Shown one piece after another: positions 10,215 to 19,593 of a stretch of 64,000 bases of DNA (position 1 is its first letter; every line of letters begins with the position of its first letter). The position numbers were made by a program, and so were the translations under genes. Where the stretch lies: NCBI GenBank assembly GCA_963839265.1, contig CAWIUI010000008.1, forward strand, positions 97,235 through 161,234, read 5' to 3'. Origin of the DNA: an uncultured beta proteobacterium (GTDB lineage: Bacteria; Pseudomonadota; Gammaproteobacteria; Burkholderiales; Usitatibacteraceae). The notes under the pieces were generated by a model. The model did no database searches. It was not told the DNA's origin and saw nothing but the letters and a program-made list of their open reading frames with translations.

Positions 10215-10795
10215 CGGCGAGGGCCAGGCCGAAGTGAGGACGGCCCTAGCGTGGTTGTGTAGAAATTCCTGGTAGGGCGGCGTGTCGGGTACTCGTGCTA
10301 TCGCACGATCGTGCTAACCTTGTCAATGTAAATAATCATCACTGGCCAGAGCGGGACGGCCGGAACCGGCAGTCCGAACCGCCCCGCCCTAGCTGTCACA
10401 CGTGCCGCGCGACGAGGTCCACCTTCAGTAAGACTCGTAGCTGGACACATGCGGTCGGCGGTCGCGGGTTCGTCACGTCACTGTGACTAGCCCCGGCCGT
10501 CACCACTCCAGCAATGGCCAGGCTCACGATCACCTGGACCCAGCCGGACACGCTCGGGTTCTGTTTCTTTCTGCCCATATTCACCTCCTTCCGCTATGCA
10601 CGGCACCCGGCTTGGTGCGCGATCGCAGCACCCAGACGGGCAGGAGGTAACCGAAGCGGGACCGGCGTAGGTCCTAGCAGTAAAAGTAACGGAGCCCGGT
10701 CGGATAGCCACGGAGGCACGCCGGGCGAGTCGGATGCATCTCTTTCACCGTCTGCGGAGGCGCGTGTTCTATCCAGGTCGTTTGGATGGTGACCT

Positions 10796-11161
10796 ATGAG
10801 CGATCGGCCCGGTGCCGATCGTGATCGGCTCCTCATTGCGGAGCTGCACGGCACGGCGGGCCACCACGCTAAGTGGCGCGAGCTGACCGAGGCCGAGGAG
10901 GCCGCTGCGGTGGCCGGGCTGCGGGAGCTTGCGGCCGGGCGCGTCGACCTGCTGGCCGAGGTCGCCGGGATCCTGGAAGGCGCGTCGGAAGGCGAACTGA
11001 ACGAGCCGATCAAGCGGCAAGCCGCGCAGCTGTGCCGCAAGGCAGGCGCCGACCCGAACGCGATACCCGCATGGGTAGAAGAAGGGCGCCGCCGCCGGGC
11101 GAATGCCGGCAAGCCGCCGTTCATCGAGGCGCGTTACCGGCGCCCTGGAGCCCGTGCGTAG
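10796..11161 (+). CDS. Hypothetical protein
   Basis: 121 aa helical ORF with GC3-rich codons. Confidence 0.55.
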   Translation: MSDRPGADRDRLLIAELHGTAGHHAKWRELTEAEEAAAVAGLRELAAGRVDLLAEVAGILEGASEGELNEPIKRQAAQLCRKAGADPNAIPAWVEEGRRRRANAGKPPFIEARYRRPGARA

Positions 11162-11330
11162 AGGGTCGCCGGGCGGGTCACAGGTACCGGGCCCGAGCGC
11201 CGCGCATTTTCCGGGTCGGCCCCTCCAGCGGGCCTGACGGCGAGGGCCAGGCCAGAGGCCAGGCCCTATCGGCGCGCGGCGAACTAACGGTAGCGACGCC
11301 ACGGAACGCCTGCAAGGTGCTGAAGTCCAG

Positions 11331-11566
11331 TCACGGGGACGTAATGCTTCCTGTAGGCGTCCATTTACCCAATGTGAAGGTAGGGTGCCAGAAGCTGAGG
11401 GGCCAGGTCAAGATCGAGATGAAGTACTGGATCCAGCTATGAAGCGTCGCCAGAGTGGCAGTAGTCGGCGGAATATGGGGGGTGCTGTGTTGTAGAAGAT
11501 ACCGATCAGAATGTAGATGGCAATGAGCAACCCAGTTGTGCTGAAAAGGGTTTTCAGGAATTTCAC
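11331..11566 (-). pseudogene. Small membrane protein, copy 2 (frameshift in G6 tract)
   Basis: GGAGGTG RBS; MKFLKTLFSTTGLLIAIYILIGIFYNTAPP then frame lost; paralog has G7; span is 236 nt. Confidence 0.75.
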
Positions 11567-11772
11567 CTCAGCTCACCTCCTGCGTGGACGCTGGAACTGG
11601 TGCAGATGAGTGACCGCCTTGCGGGCAGTAGACGCGGAACGTGCGGACGTAGGATGTCGTGTTCGTCACCAAGATTAAACACCATTCCAACATAGTCGTC
11701 TCGCAGGTCCTGCATGAGGGAGGAGACATGATCAGCAGGGTCGACCTCCAGGCTGCCTGCAAGATGCGGAAG

Positions 11773-12054
11773 TCACGGGAAGATAATGCTTCCTGTAGGT
11801 ATCCACTTACCCACTGAGAAGGTAGGGTGCCAGAAGCTGAGGGGCCAGGTCAAGATCGAGATGAAGTACTGGATCCAGCTATGAAGCGATGTGAAACTGG
11901 CAGCAGTCGACGGAAAATGGGGGGGCGCTGTGTTGTAGAAGATACCGATCAGAAAGTAGATCAGGATGATAAACCCAATTGGGCTGAAAATAAGGGCTAT
12001 ATAAGCACCGATTCCCCGAGATGTGGTCCCGCCCCTGATGAAGCTGAAAGCCAC
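11773..12054 (-). CDS. Small membrane protein, copy 1
   Basis: GGAGGTG RBS; 93 aa with hydrophobic segments; near-identical 3' half to copy 2. Confidence 0.75.
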   Translation of the reverse strand: MAFSFIRGGTTSRGIGAYIALIFSPIGFIILIYFLIGIFYNTAPPHFPSTAASFTSLHSWIQYFISILTWPLSFWHPTFSVGKWIPTGSIIFP

Positions 12055-12456
12055 CTCTGCTCACCTCCTGTGTGGACGCTGAAAGTGGTAAGGATGAGTG
12101 ACCGCTTTTGCGGTCAGTACCCCGGATACGGCGATCGTGGTGCGTAACACCACGAAGCCGTCAAGCTGGCCGCTTACGCGCGTCGGGCAGGCGGCAACCT
12201 GAGGGCGCAGGATGTCGTGCTCGTCCCAAGATTTGAACACCATTCCAACATAGCGGTTCTTCGCCATGAACCGCGGATCGTGTCCCGTGACACGCCGGTG
12301 AGGTAACAGGTGCATAGCCCGGCTGGCTTTTTTGACCACCTTAGGTGTCACCGCCCGCTTGACCGCACGGCCGGGATGGACCGCACGACGCACACTGCGC
12401 GGGATAAACAGCCTTGATGGGAAGCCCACGGACGAAAGGATAGCCCTCGGCCGGGC

Positions 12457-12609
12457 CTAGACCGGTTCCCACCGCCAGCCGTCGTTGTTTTCACAGATGA
12501 TCTTTTTGCCGTCTCCCGCCACCCCGAACGCCCAGCGCGCGCTGACCAGCGGCAGCCTGATCCGGCAGCGGACACAGGTCACCTCGTCGCGCAGCGGTAG
12601 TAGTTTCAC
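12457..12609 (-). CDS. Small Cys-containing protein
   Basis: GTG start overlapping the upstream stop (GTGA); CVRC and ICEN motifs. Confidence 0.45.
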   Translation of the reverse strand: MKLLPLRDEVTCVRCRIRLPLVSARWAFGVAGDGKKIICENNDGWRWEPV

Positions 12610-13004
12610 GGCCCTACCACCGGCATTCGGGGTGCCGATGCTGACGGGCGACCGCCGCTGGGCCGTGACATCGTGGGCGGTGCTGGCTGCTGGGAACGGA
12701 GGCGGCTCAGGCGGTGGCTCAGGCGGCGAAGCCGCTTGACTCGCTGTTCCGCAGCTGGCAGCGGCGGCAGGCCTGGCGACACTGGCGTCCCGATGATGCC
12801 GGCGAGGATGGACTTGCAGGGGCCGCAGGCGAACAGGTAGCCCAGGTAGGAGCCGCTGCTGTCGGCGGTCGGCGCCGCGTGCTGGTACGCGGTGCCGCAT
12901 CTGACGCAAGAGAGGTTCCAGGTGGGGGTATTCCCGCCGCCGGACGCGGCGGGTGCCGATGACGGACCCAGGCAGTAGTCCAGGATCGCGCGGGCGGCGG
13001 TCAC
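12606..13004 (-). CDS. Zn-ribbon-like hypothetical protein
   Basis: CVRC...CGPC; GTGA coupling with the upstream HTH gene. Confidence 0.55.
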   Translation of the reverse strand: MTAARAILDYCLGPSSAPAASGGGNTPTWNLSCVRCGTAYQHAAPTADSSGSYLGYLFACGPCKSILAGIIGTPVSPGLPPLPAAEQRVKRLRRLSHRLSRLRSQQPAPPTMSRPSGGRPSASAPRMPVVGP

Positions 13005-13291
13005 TGCGGGGCACCGGCCTGCTGCGTGGCCAGCGCGAGCACGCCGGCCTTGAACTGCCGCAGCTGCTCCAGCTCGATCTTCATCGCGGCGACATCGGCC
13101 TTGATGCCGGTGTAGACGCCGTGGTTCTCCCGCTCGAAGGAGCGGTAGACGGTGGTGCGGGCGACGCCGAAGTACCGCGCCACCTGGGACAGCGACGCGC
13201 CCGACTCGATCAGCTCGTGCGCCTGCGCCACCTTCTCGGGCGGCAGCGCCAGCTCCCGCCCGCGCCGCCGTGCTGCATCTGACAGCTCCAT
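13001..13291 (-). CDS. Stand-alone resolvase-type (Hin/HTH_7-like) HTH protein with coiled-coil tail
   Basis: GRELALPPEKVAQAHELIESGASLSQVARYFGVARTTVYRSF. Confidence 0.8.
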   Translation of the reverse strand: MELSDAARRRGRELALPPEKVAQAHELIESGASLSQVARYFGVARTTVYRSFERENHGVYTGIKADVAAMKIELEQLRQFKAGVLALATQQAGAPQ

Positions 13292-13536
13292 GGTGCCCCC
13301 TTGGTCCTAGCCATGCTGCCTACCTCAAGTATAACGAACACCTGTATGATGTAGATAGGCAGCATGCCCGTGGACCCGAACAAGGCTACGTAAATGTGTC
13401 AGACAACTGAATAAGGCGAGACGGAAGAACCCCCACCGAGGTAGGGGTTCAACCGATAAAGCTCAGGGCGGCGGCCAGCACTCCGCGCGCCTGACAACAG
13501 CACCATCCAACCGAGCTACCGAGAGAGGACGCTCTA

Positions 13537-14658
13537 ATGACATCTTATCAAGCGCAGCAGGTCGAACGCGAGTCTGATTTAAGCGGTCGAACCGGGGCGA
13601 ACGGCACCAGTGCCGGGTCCAACGGCGACGGCGGGCGCACCGGGGCATCGTCCAACGGCACCAGTGCCGGGTCCAACGGCGACGGGACGGACGCCGCCAA
13701 CGAGAACCCCTACAACGGCGACGGCCGGCGCCAGGAAGAACGCTGGATCGAGCCGTTCGTGAGGCTGGACCAGCTCAGCGACGAGCCCGTCGAGATGCGC
13801 ATTCCGGGCCTGCTGACCACGCGCGGCACCGTGCTGTTCAGCGGGTACCGGAAATGCGGGAAGACCACGCTTGACTTCCACCTGGTCAACGCGCTGTCCC
13901 AGGGCGGCAACTTCCTCGGGCGGCCCTGCACGCGGCTGACCGGCCCCCTGGTCTACGTGAACCTGGATATGACGGAGAACATGGTCCGCCAGTACGCCAC
14001 GGAGCAGGGTTGCCCGCTGGACAGCCCGGACATCCTCATCCAGAACTACCAGGGCATCGCCAGCAGGTTCCAGCTGGGCGACCCGTCGTGGCGCTACGAC
14101 TACGCCCAGATGCTCTATGACCAGCGTGCCGCCGCGCTGACGGTCGACCCGATCCACCCGCTGTTAATCGGCGTGTACGCCGACTCCAACAACAACGACG
14201 AGTCACGAGCCACCCTGGAGTACCTCGGCGAGGTCGCGCACCAGGCCAAGCTCAAGCACCTGATCATCATCGACCACACGGGGCACGCGGACAAGGGGCG
14301 GACACGCGGGGCCAGCGGCAAGGAGGACTGGGCCGATATGCTCTGGAACCTGCAGGGCGCCGAGGGCCAGCCCACCCGCACGCTCAACGTCATCGGGCGC
14401 GGCGTCATCGGGTCGGCGAGCTACCTGATGGGCGACGACCACCAGCTGGTGCCGTGCGATACGCCAGCGTCCCGCCAGTCGCCGCAGGAGGCGCAGCTGA
14501 CCGAGCGGGTGGCGATGATCAAGAAGATGCGCGAGCAGAACCCGGACATCACCCAGGCCGAGGTCGTCGAGATCACCAAGATCCCCAAGAGCGCCGTCAG
14601 CCGCCTCTGGGCACGGACCTTGGCGGACCGATCCGATACCGAACCCACCAGATTCTAG
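13537..14658 (+). CDS. RecA/RepA-type AAA helicase (AAA_25-like) with C-terminal HTH; putative Rep
   Basis: Walker A GYRKCGKTT, Walker B LTVDP, IIDHTGH and RGASG-EDWAD motifs; C-terminal ITQAEVVEITKIPKSAVSR. Confidence 0.8.
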   Translation: MTSYQAQQVERESDLSGRTGANGTSAGSNGDGGRTGASSNGTSAGSNGDGTDAANENPYNGDGRRQEERWIEPFVRLDQLSDEPVEMRIPGLLTTRGTVLFSGYRKCGKTTLDFHLVNALSQGGNFLGRPCTRLTGPLVYVNLDMTENMVRQYATEQGCPLDSPDILIQNYQGIASRFQLGDPSWRYDYAQMLYDQRAAALTVDPIHPLLIGVYADSNNNDESRATLEYLGEVAHQAKLKHLIIIDHTGHADKGRTRGASGKEDWADMLWNLQGAEGQPTRTLNVIGRGVIGSASYLMGDDHQLVPCDTPASRQSPQEAQLTERVAMIKKMREQNPDITQAEVVEITKIPKSAVSRLWARTLADRSDTEPTRF

Positions 14659-14664
14659 TGGGAG

Positions 14665-14778
14665 GTCCCCCAGTTGTCCCGGCGTCCCACCCGCCGTCCC
14701 GGCCGGGACGGGAATTGGGTGCAAGCTGTCCCGCCGTCCCGTCCCACCCACCACCCTTGGTGGTGGGACGGGCGGGAC
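14665..14778. repeat. GTCCC/GGGAC iteron-like cluster (putative origin)
   Basis: Seven GTCCC and three GGGAC copies in 114 bp plus an imperfect hairpin, starting 7 bp after the helicase stop. Confidence 0.7.
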
Positions 14779-14877
14779 AAGCACCTGGGAGAGCAACTGG
14801 GAGAAGTAAGGGCCAGTGGCGATGAACTCCACAGGGCTGGCAGAGAGCTGGCCAAGACCGAGCCGAAGGAGAACCCG

Positions 14878-15123
14878 ATGAGGAACAAGACCACGACCAA
14901 GAACCGCCCTACCCTGACCGCGTACCAGCACAGGCTGGCTGGCGTGGCGCTGGGCCACGGGTACGCCTGGCGTCCCGCGCTCGGCCCGGAAGAGACACGC
15001 TGGGCCACCGTCTACGCGGCGATCCTCCGCTACGCGGTGGAGCCGCTGTCCCACCCGCCCGGCTTACGCCGTGGCTGCCCGATCTGCGCGCACGAGCTGG
15101 CCGCGCTCGACGAGCAGACATAG
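14878..15123 (+). CDS. Small hypothetical protein
   Basis: AAGGAG RBS before ATG (MRNKTTT); C-terminal CPIC-H. Confidence 0.5.
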   Translation: MRNKTTTKNRPTLTAYQHRLAGVALGHGYAWRPALGPEETRWATVYAAILRYAVEPLSHPPGLRRGCPICAHELAALDEQT

Positions 15124-15267
15124 GGAGGTTCGATAGTGAACGTCCCCCCTGTCCGGAGCCAGCGCAGCGGCACCGACGTCTGGGATGATGGAGGACAAGA
15201 CGTATTGGAGGTGCAGCTCATGAGCGCTGTCTGGCGGCAGGGTGCTGACATCGGACCCGGCCGCGAC

Positions 15268-15771
15268 TTACGGCGGCACCAGCAGCAGCGGGGGCTCTAT
15301 CCCGGCGCGCACCCCGGCTCCGCCGAGCTTGACGCGCAGCTCGCTGGTGATCAGCCAGCTGTACGGCGTGATGTACAGCCCGCCGAGCTTGTCGTCCCGC
15401 AGCAGGTCTACGACCGTCCGCGAGCCGGTGACGTGCAGCATCATCGAGGTGGTGCCCAGCTCGTGGGCAAGACCCGTGCCGACCGGCGGCAGCAGCCAGT
15501 GCCGCAGCCAGATCTGGTCGTTCACCGCGATCATCAGGGGGGTGGGGCGCAGATTCGCCCAGTTCATACCGATCGTGGTGCCGCTGACTATCTCGGCCGC
15601 GCATACTTCCTCGACGGCCAGCCGAGCCCTCCAGTCGGCCGCGCTTGTGCCTGCGGTTGCGGGCAACCGCTCATCGGCGGCCGTGATGATCGTCGTTACC
15701 TCAACGCCGCGCACCGCGCCGGAGCCTCCTGGCGGCGCCGGCAGCACGCAGCTTCGCTCAGCTAAGGTCAA
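15268..15771 (-). CDS. Hypothetical protein
   Basis: 167 aa ORF with globular composition in its C-terminal two-thirds. Confidence 0.4.
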   Translation of the reverse strand: MTLAERSCVLPAPPGGSGAVRGVEVTTIITAADERLPATAGTSAADWRARLAVEEVCAAEIVSGTTIGMNWANLRPTPLMIAVNDQIWLRHWLLPPVGTGLAHELGTTSMMLHVTGSRTVVDLLRDDKLGGLYITPYSWLITSELRVKLGGAGVRAGIEPPLLLVPP

Positions 15772-15980
15772 CTACTACAGCGTGTAGTCCTACGCGTAAG
15801 CCCTGGAAGGTCCGCGCCGCCGCCGTCCTCGATCACGCCCAGGGCGTCGAACGCAGTTGCCAGGGCGACGTGGTGAGCACTGGTAGCAGTTCACCACCGG
15901 GTACCCGTCGACCACGACGACGGGCACCGAGAACACCTACGGCTCGCCGCCCGCTGAGCAACCTAGCGCCTTACCCGTAC

Positions 15981-16934
15981 CTAGCCCGCCTCGGCTGGCC
16001 CGGAGCCGGTGCCCGCCCGCTGCAGCCGGCCAGAATGGGCGTCTAGTTTCCAGCCCTCCGGAACCGGCGCGTCGGCGGGCCACTTGACGCCCGTGAGATT
16101 CGCGCCCACGAGGTACGCGCCCTTGACGTCTGCGCCGGTGAGGTCGACGCCGGCGAGGTTCGCACTCATGAGGCCCGCACCAGTGAGATCCGCGCTCACG
16201 AGATGCGCGCCCGCGAGATCTGCGCCCACTAGGTTCGCACCGGTGAGGTTCGCGCGGAGGAGATTCGCGCTTGCCAGGTTCGCGCGGAGGAGAATCGCAC
16301 AAATGAGCTTCGCGCCCCGGAGATCGAGTGGCCGGATGTCGCGCTTTGCATCGCGGCGTCCAACTACGGTCACGGCGGCCTGAACGTCGGGCCGGATCGA
16401 TGGGTCCCGCTTTTGGTCTCCGGTGCCTGGCGGCGTCCGCTGCTCGTCTGAGTGCTCGCGAATGAACGCGGTAAGTACTTCCATCACGGTCGGATGGTCT
16501 CTTGCGGAGTCGCGGGCGACGCGCTCCAGCGCGTAGATGCCGCCTATCCGCACGTCGAGCTTGTCCGAGCCGAGCTGCTCAATGGCCTTGGCGTAACGAT
16601 CGGTCACCTGCCCCTGCTCGGTCAGCTCATGGGTGCGCCGCTGCCACTGGTCGGCCTGTTCCGAGTTACGCCGCAACAGGCTGAAATTCAGGGCAGTGAA
16701 GACCAGCGCGGCTGCGGCAGCCAGGCCCGCGCCCAGCGTCAGCAGCCGGCCCCTGGCGTTATCCACGGCTGTCTCGTGCAGCGCACCCGTGGCTGAGCCG
16801 ACGTCCTGGCGCGCCAGCCAGTCCGCCAGCGGCATGAACGCCGCCCACACGACTGCCAGCCCGAACACGACAGCGGTGATCCCGCCTATCGTCCATCGGA
16901 TCCCCTGCGGCCATGCCGCCCAGCGCTTTAGCAC
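15981..16934 (-). CDS. Membrane-anchored pentapeptide-repeat protein
   Basis: Two TM segments, [29 protein letters not shown], then A(N/D)LxG repeats. Confidence 0.9.
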   Translation of the reverse strand: MLKRWAAWPQGIRWTIGGITAVVFGLAVVWAAFMPLADWLARQDVGSATGALHETAVDNARGRLLTLGAGLAAAAALVFTALNFSLLRRNSEQADQWQRRTHELTEQGQVTDRYAKAIEQLGSDKLDVRIGGIYALERVARDSARDHPTVMEVLTAFIREHSDEQRTPPGTGDQKRDPSIRPDVQAAVTVVGRRDAKRDIRPLDLRGAKLICAILLRANLASANLLRANLTGANLVGADLAGAHLVSADLTGAGLMSANLAGVDLTGADVKGAYLVGANLTGVKWPADAPVPEGWKLDAHSGRLQRAGTGSGPAEAG

Positions 16935-17308
16935 GTGAAGACGTTAGGGGGAATGAGCCTGTGCCCGCTCGCTGGTGCGGACATGAGGTAGCGAAATCGA
17001 TACCCAGGCGGATGCCCGGTGAAGGCCAAGCCGTCCGCGCCGTATGCCCTGCAGTATGTCGGGGCCGCCCGACCCGGTGACATAGCCGGGCCGGGAGCCT
17101 AGTCCGCTGGTACGTCCGGACCGTTCTTTAACGGTTGCTCTGCCGGGTAGCGCCGCGCCGAGGCTGCCAACTAGGGTTCCCGCCCAATCTGCCCGTCATC
17201 ACGATCTGTCACCGGCATCTGCGCTGGTCACTGACATGTCTGTCGCGCCTCGTCCTCCTTGCCGAGCACTGAATTAGGGCATAGGCTAGTTGGTAGGAGG
17301 AGAACATA

Positions 17309-17884
17309 ATGACCAGCATCGACGTCGCGGTCTGGTACCGCGTCAGTGGCAGCGACCAGACGACAGACAACCAGATCCCGGACGTGCAGCGGTTCTGCCA
17401 GCACCACGGGTACACGGTCACCAGGACCTACGAGATCAGCGACTCGGCCTGGAAGCAGGGGCCTGAGTACCGCAAGGCGGTCCAGCGGGCGCTGGACGAC
17501 GCGCAGGAGGGTCACTTCGCTGTGCTGGTGGTCTGGGCGCTTGACCGCATCGTCAGGTCGGGCAGCGAGGCAGGCAAGTCCGCGTCCGAGGAGGCGCTGT
17601 CGCTGTTCCGCCAGTTCGGCCAGCGGCACGTGTCCATCCTGTCCGTGAAAGAGCCGTGGCTCACGGCCTCGCCCGAGATCCAGGCCGTGATGATCAGCTT
17701 CGCGGCCTGGGTCGCCGAGCAGGAGAGCCGCCGCCGGTCCGAGCGCGTGCGTGCAGGGATGGCCAGGGCGAAGGCCGAGGGCAAGACGGTGGGCGGCAGG
17801 CAGCGCGGAGCCAAGGACCGCAAGCCGAGGTCACGGGCGGGGTACGCCGCCGAGCAGGCCCGGCGGAAGGCGGTCTCGTCATGA
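17309..17884 (+). CDS. Small serine recombinase (resolvase catalytic domain)
   Basis: AGGAGG RBS; YRVS (catalytic Ser), VWALDRIVR and E--RRSERVRAGM motifs. Confidence 0.9.
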   Translation: MTSIDVAVWYRVSGSDQTTDNQIPDVQRFCQHHGYTVTRTYEISDSAWKQGPEYRKAVQRALDDAQEGHFAVLVVWALDRIVRSGSEAGKSASEEALSLFRQFGQRHVSILSVKEPWLTASPEIQAVMISFAAWVAEQESRRRSERVRAGMARAKAEGKTVGGRQRGAKDRKPRSRAGYAAEQARRKAVSS

Positions 17885-18054
17885 TGCGCCAGCGGACCTA
17901 CCGCCTGATCGTGGTCGAGGTGGATGGCGAGGTCACCGATGAGGGTTGCACGCCGATCGAGCTGGAGGTGGCCACCTACCTCACCGAGTCGTGCTGCGCC
18001 CACGATGCGGTGCTGGCCGTAGCCGACCGCCTGGCTGATGAGCACGCCTCCTAG
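17881..18054 (+). CDS. Small hypothetical protein coupled to the recombinase
   Basis: ATGA overlap; MMRQRTYRLIVVEVDGEV. Confidence 0.45.
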   Translation: MMRQRTYRLIVVEVDGEVTDEGCTPIELEVATYLTESCCAHDAVLAVADRLADEHAS

Positions 18055-18803
18055 AACATGCTCCTGGTAGGGGTAGAGCGGAAGCCGTGGTTCCGGCTGA
18101 CCGTCTCGGCCACCGGGCTTCCCAGCTCAGGCACCCTGATCGTCTCCACGTTCGACGCCCTGAGCGCGATTCTGCGGCTCCCGGAAGCGCCAGGGTCCGG
18201 GGGGACTATGCCCACCTGCGCTCCTGGCGCTCCTACGCCCCTCTACAGCGCCGTACAGCACCGTTCCAGCCGCGCCGTCCCGTAGCTGAGTTCGACTTTA
18301 TCCGCCCAGCAGCGGAAGGCCCCATCCCTTTAATTGCCTGGCATAAAAGCGGCTGCCCAGGGTGGTTGGGCGGCCCGCTGAAAATGCGACCGCACGAGGT
18401 GCAGAAAACAGGTACCGGAGAAGTTGAGCCAGCCCAGCCGCGCGCAGTGCCGCCTGACAGCCTCGGGTGTGCCCGTCTCAGCGGTTCCTCCGGGTGCGGT
18501 ACGTCCATGCACCTGCACCTGCATGTAGGCCGCGCGCTCGCACCAGTCCTTCTTGGCCAGCTCGGAGACGTAGCAGGGCCTCCAGATGAACGTCTCGCAG
18601 CAGATGCATCTCCGGGTGACCAGCGGGTTGATCAGTAGATCATCGGCACCGCTGCGCTCTTGGGCACACGCACATCCGATGCTCTCCTACAGCGCGCCGG
18701 TGATCCGGTTACCCAACTGGCTGGTTAACTGGCCAAGACGCGGGTTGGTGACGTAGTTGAGCCTGGCACTTCATGAACCAGATGTCGCTGGCGCACGAGG
18801 GAT

Positions 18804-19250
18804 TCAGCGGACGAGCGCCTGTCGCCGGCTGGCCGTCGCCGACCAGCGCACGATGCCGGCCTCGGCGAGCTGCTGCAGCGCCGCCGGCACATGCTGCTTG
18901 GCGATCCCGGTCCGTGCCGTGACCATCGCCTGCGTCACCGCCGCGCCGGGCTGCAGGTCGCCGCGCTTCACCAGCTCCGCGACCGTGCGCACGGCGTCGT
19001 CCACCATTATCTGCCGGGCGTCACGCTTCCTGGTATCGTGGCCGCGCCGGATATGGTCAGCCAGGTGCTCGGCTGCGGTCTTGCCGCCGACCGTGATGTG
19101 CTCGGCCCCGCAGTGTGGGCAACGGGCACGTTCGGCGACGTCAGGCGAAGATAACCGCTCGGTACGCCACGGCGAGCTGCCCTTTAATGCGGTGATGCGA
19201 CCGTCGACCAGGCTGTGTTGCGGGGTGTAGCCGCTGGTCCTCAACGCCAC
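18804..19250 (-). CDS. C2H2 Zn-finger + winged-helix protein
   Basis: CPHC...HLADH; C-terminal GntR-like VTQAMVTARTGIAKQHVPAALQQLAEAGIV. Confidence 0.6.
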   Translation of the reverse strand: MALRTSGYTPQHSLVDGRITALKGSSPWRTERLSSPDVAERARCPHCGAEHITVGGKTAAEHLADHIRRGHDTRKRDARQIMVDDAVRTVAELVKRGDLQPGAAVTQAMVTARTGIAKQHVPAALQQLAEAGIVRWSATASRRQALVR

Positions 19251-19593
19251 TCGTCTTCGGTGGCCGGGTCGCGCCGGTAGCCGGGCGGCACCTGACGGGA
19301 TGAGTCGCGCAGCTGCCCGCTGAACACCTGCTTGTTGGCCACACGCGGGTCGGCGTAACCAGGCAGCCCATCGAACATCCCCTGGCTGCTCGCCGTGGTA
19401 TGTCCCGGCCTGCGCGGTGGCCCGGCTGGCGGCGCGTCGTGTACGCCAAGCTCGTCGCGATGCGCCACGAAGTCAGCCATGCTCATCGTCGCGAGCTGGT
19501 CCGCGTCGAGCTGGCTGGCGTCGGCCTGCTGCGGGACCGCCGGACCGGCAGCGGAAGCGATCTTCTCCTGCCACCAGGTGGACCTCGACGCGT

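Noticed and set aside
11331-12054. DGR template/variable repeat pair
   Set aside because: No reverse transcriptase in the window; differences are not adenine-specific; both copies are gene paralogs with an RBS.
18058-18750. Cys-rich mini-ORFs between the resolvase and the Zn-finger gene
   Set aside because: No frame has a clean start, RBS and stop; may be a decayed gene.
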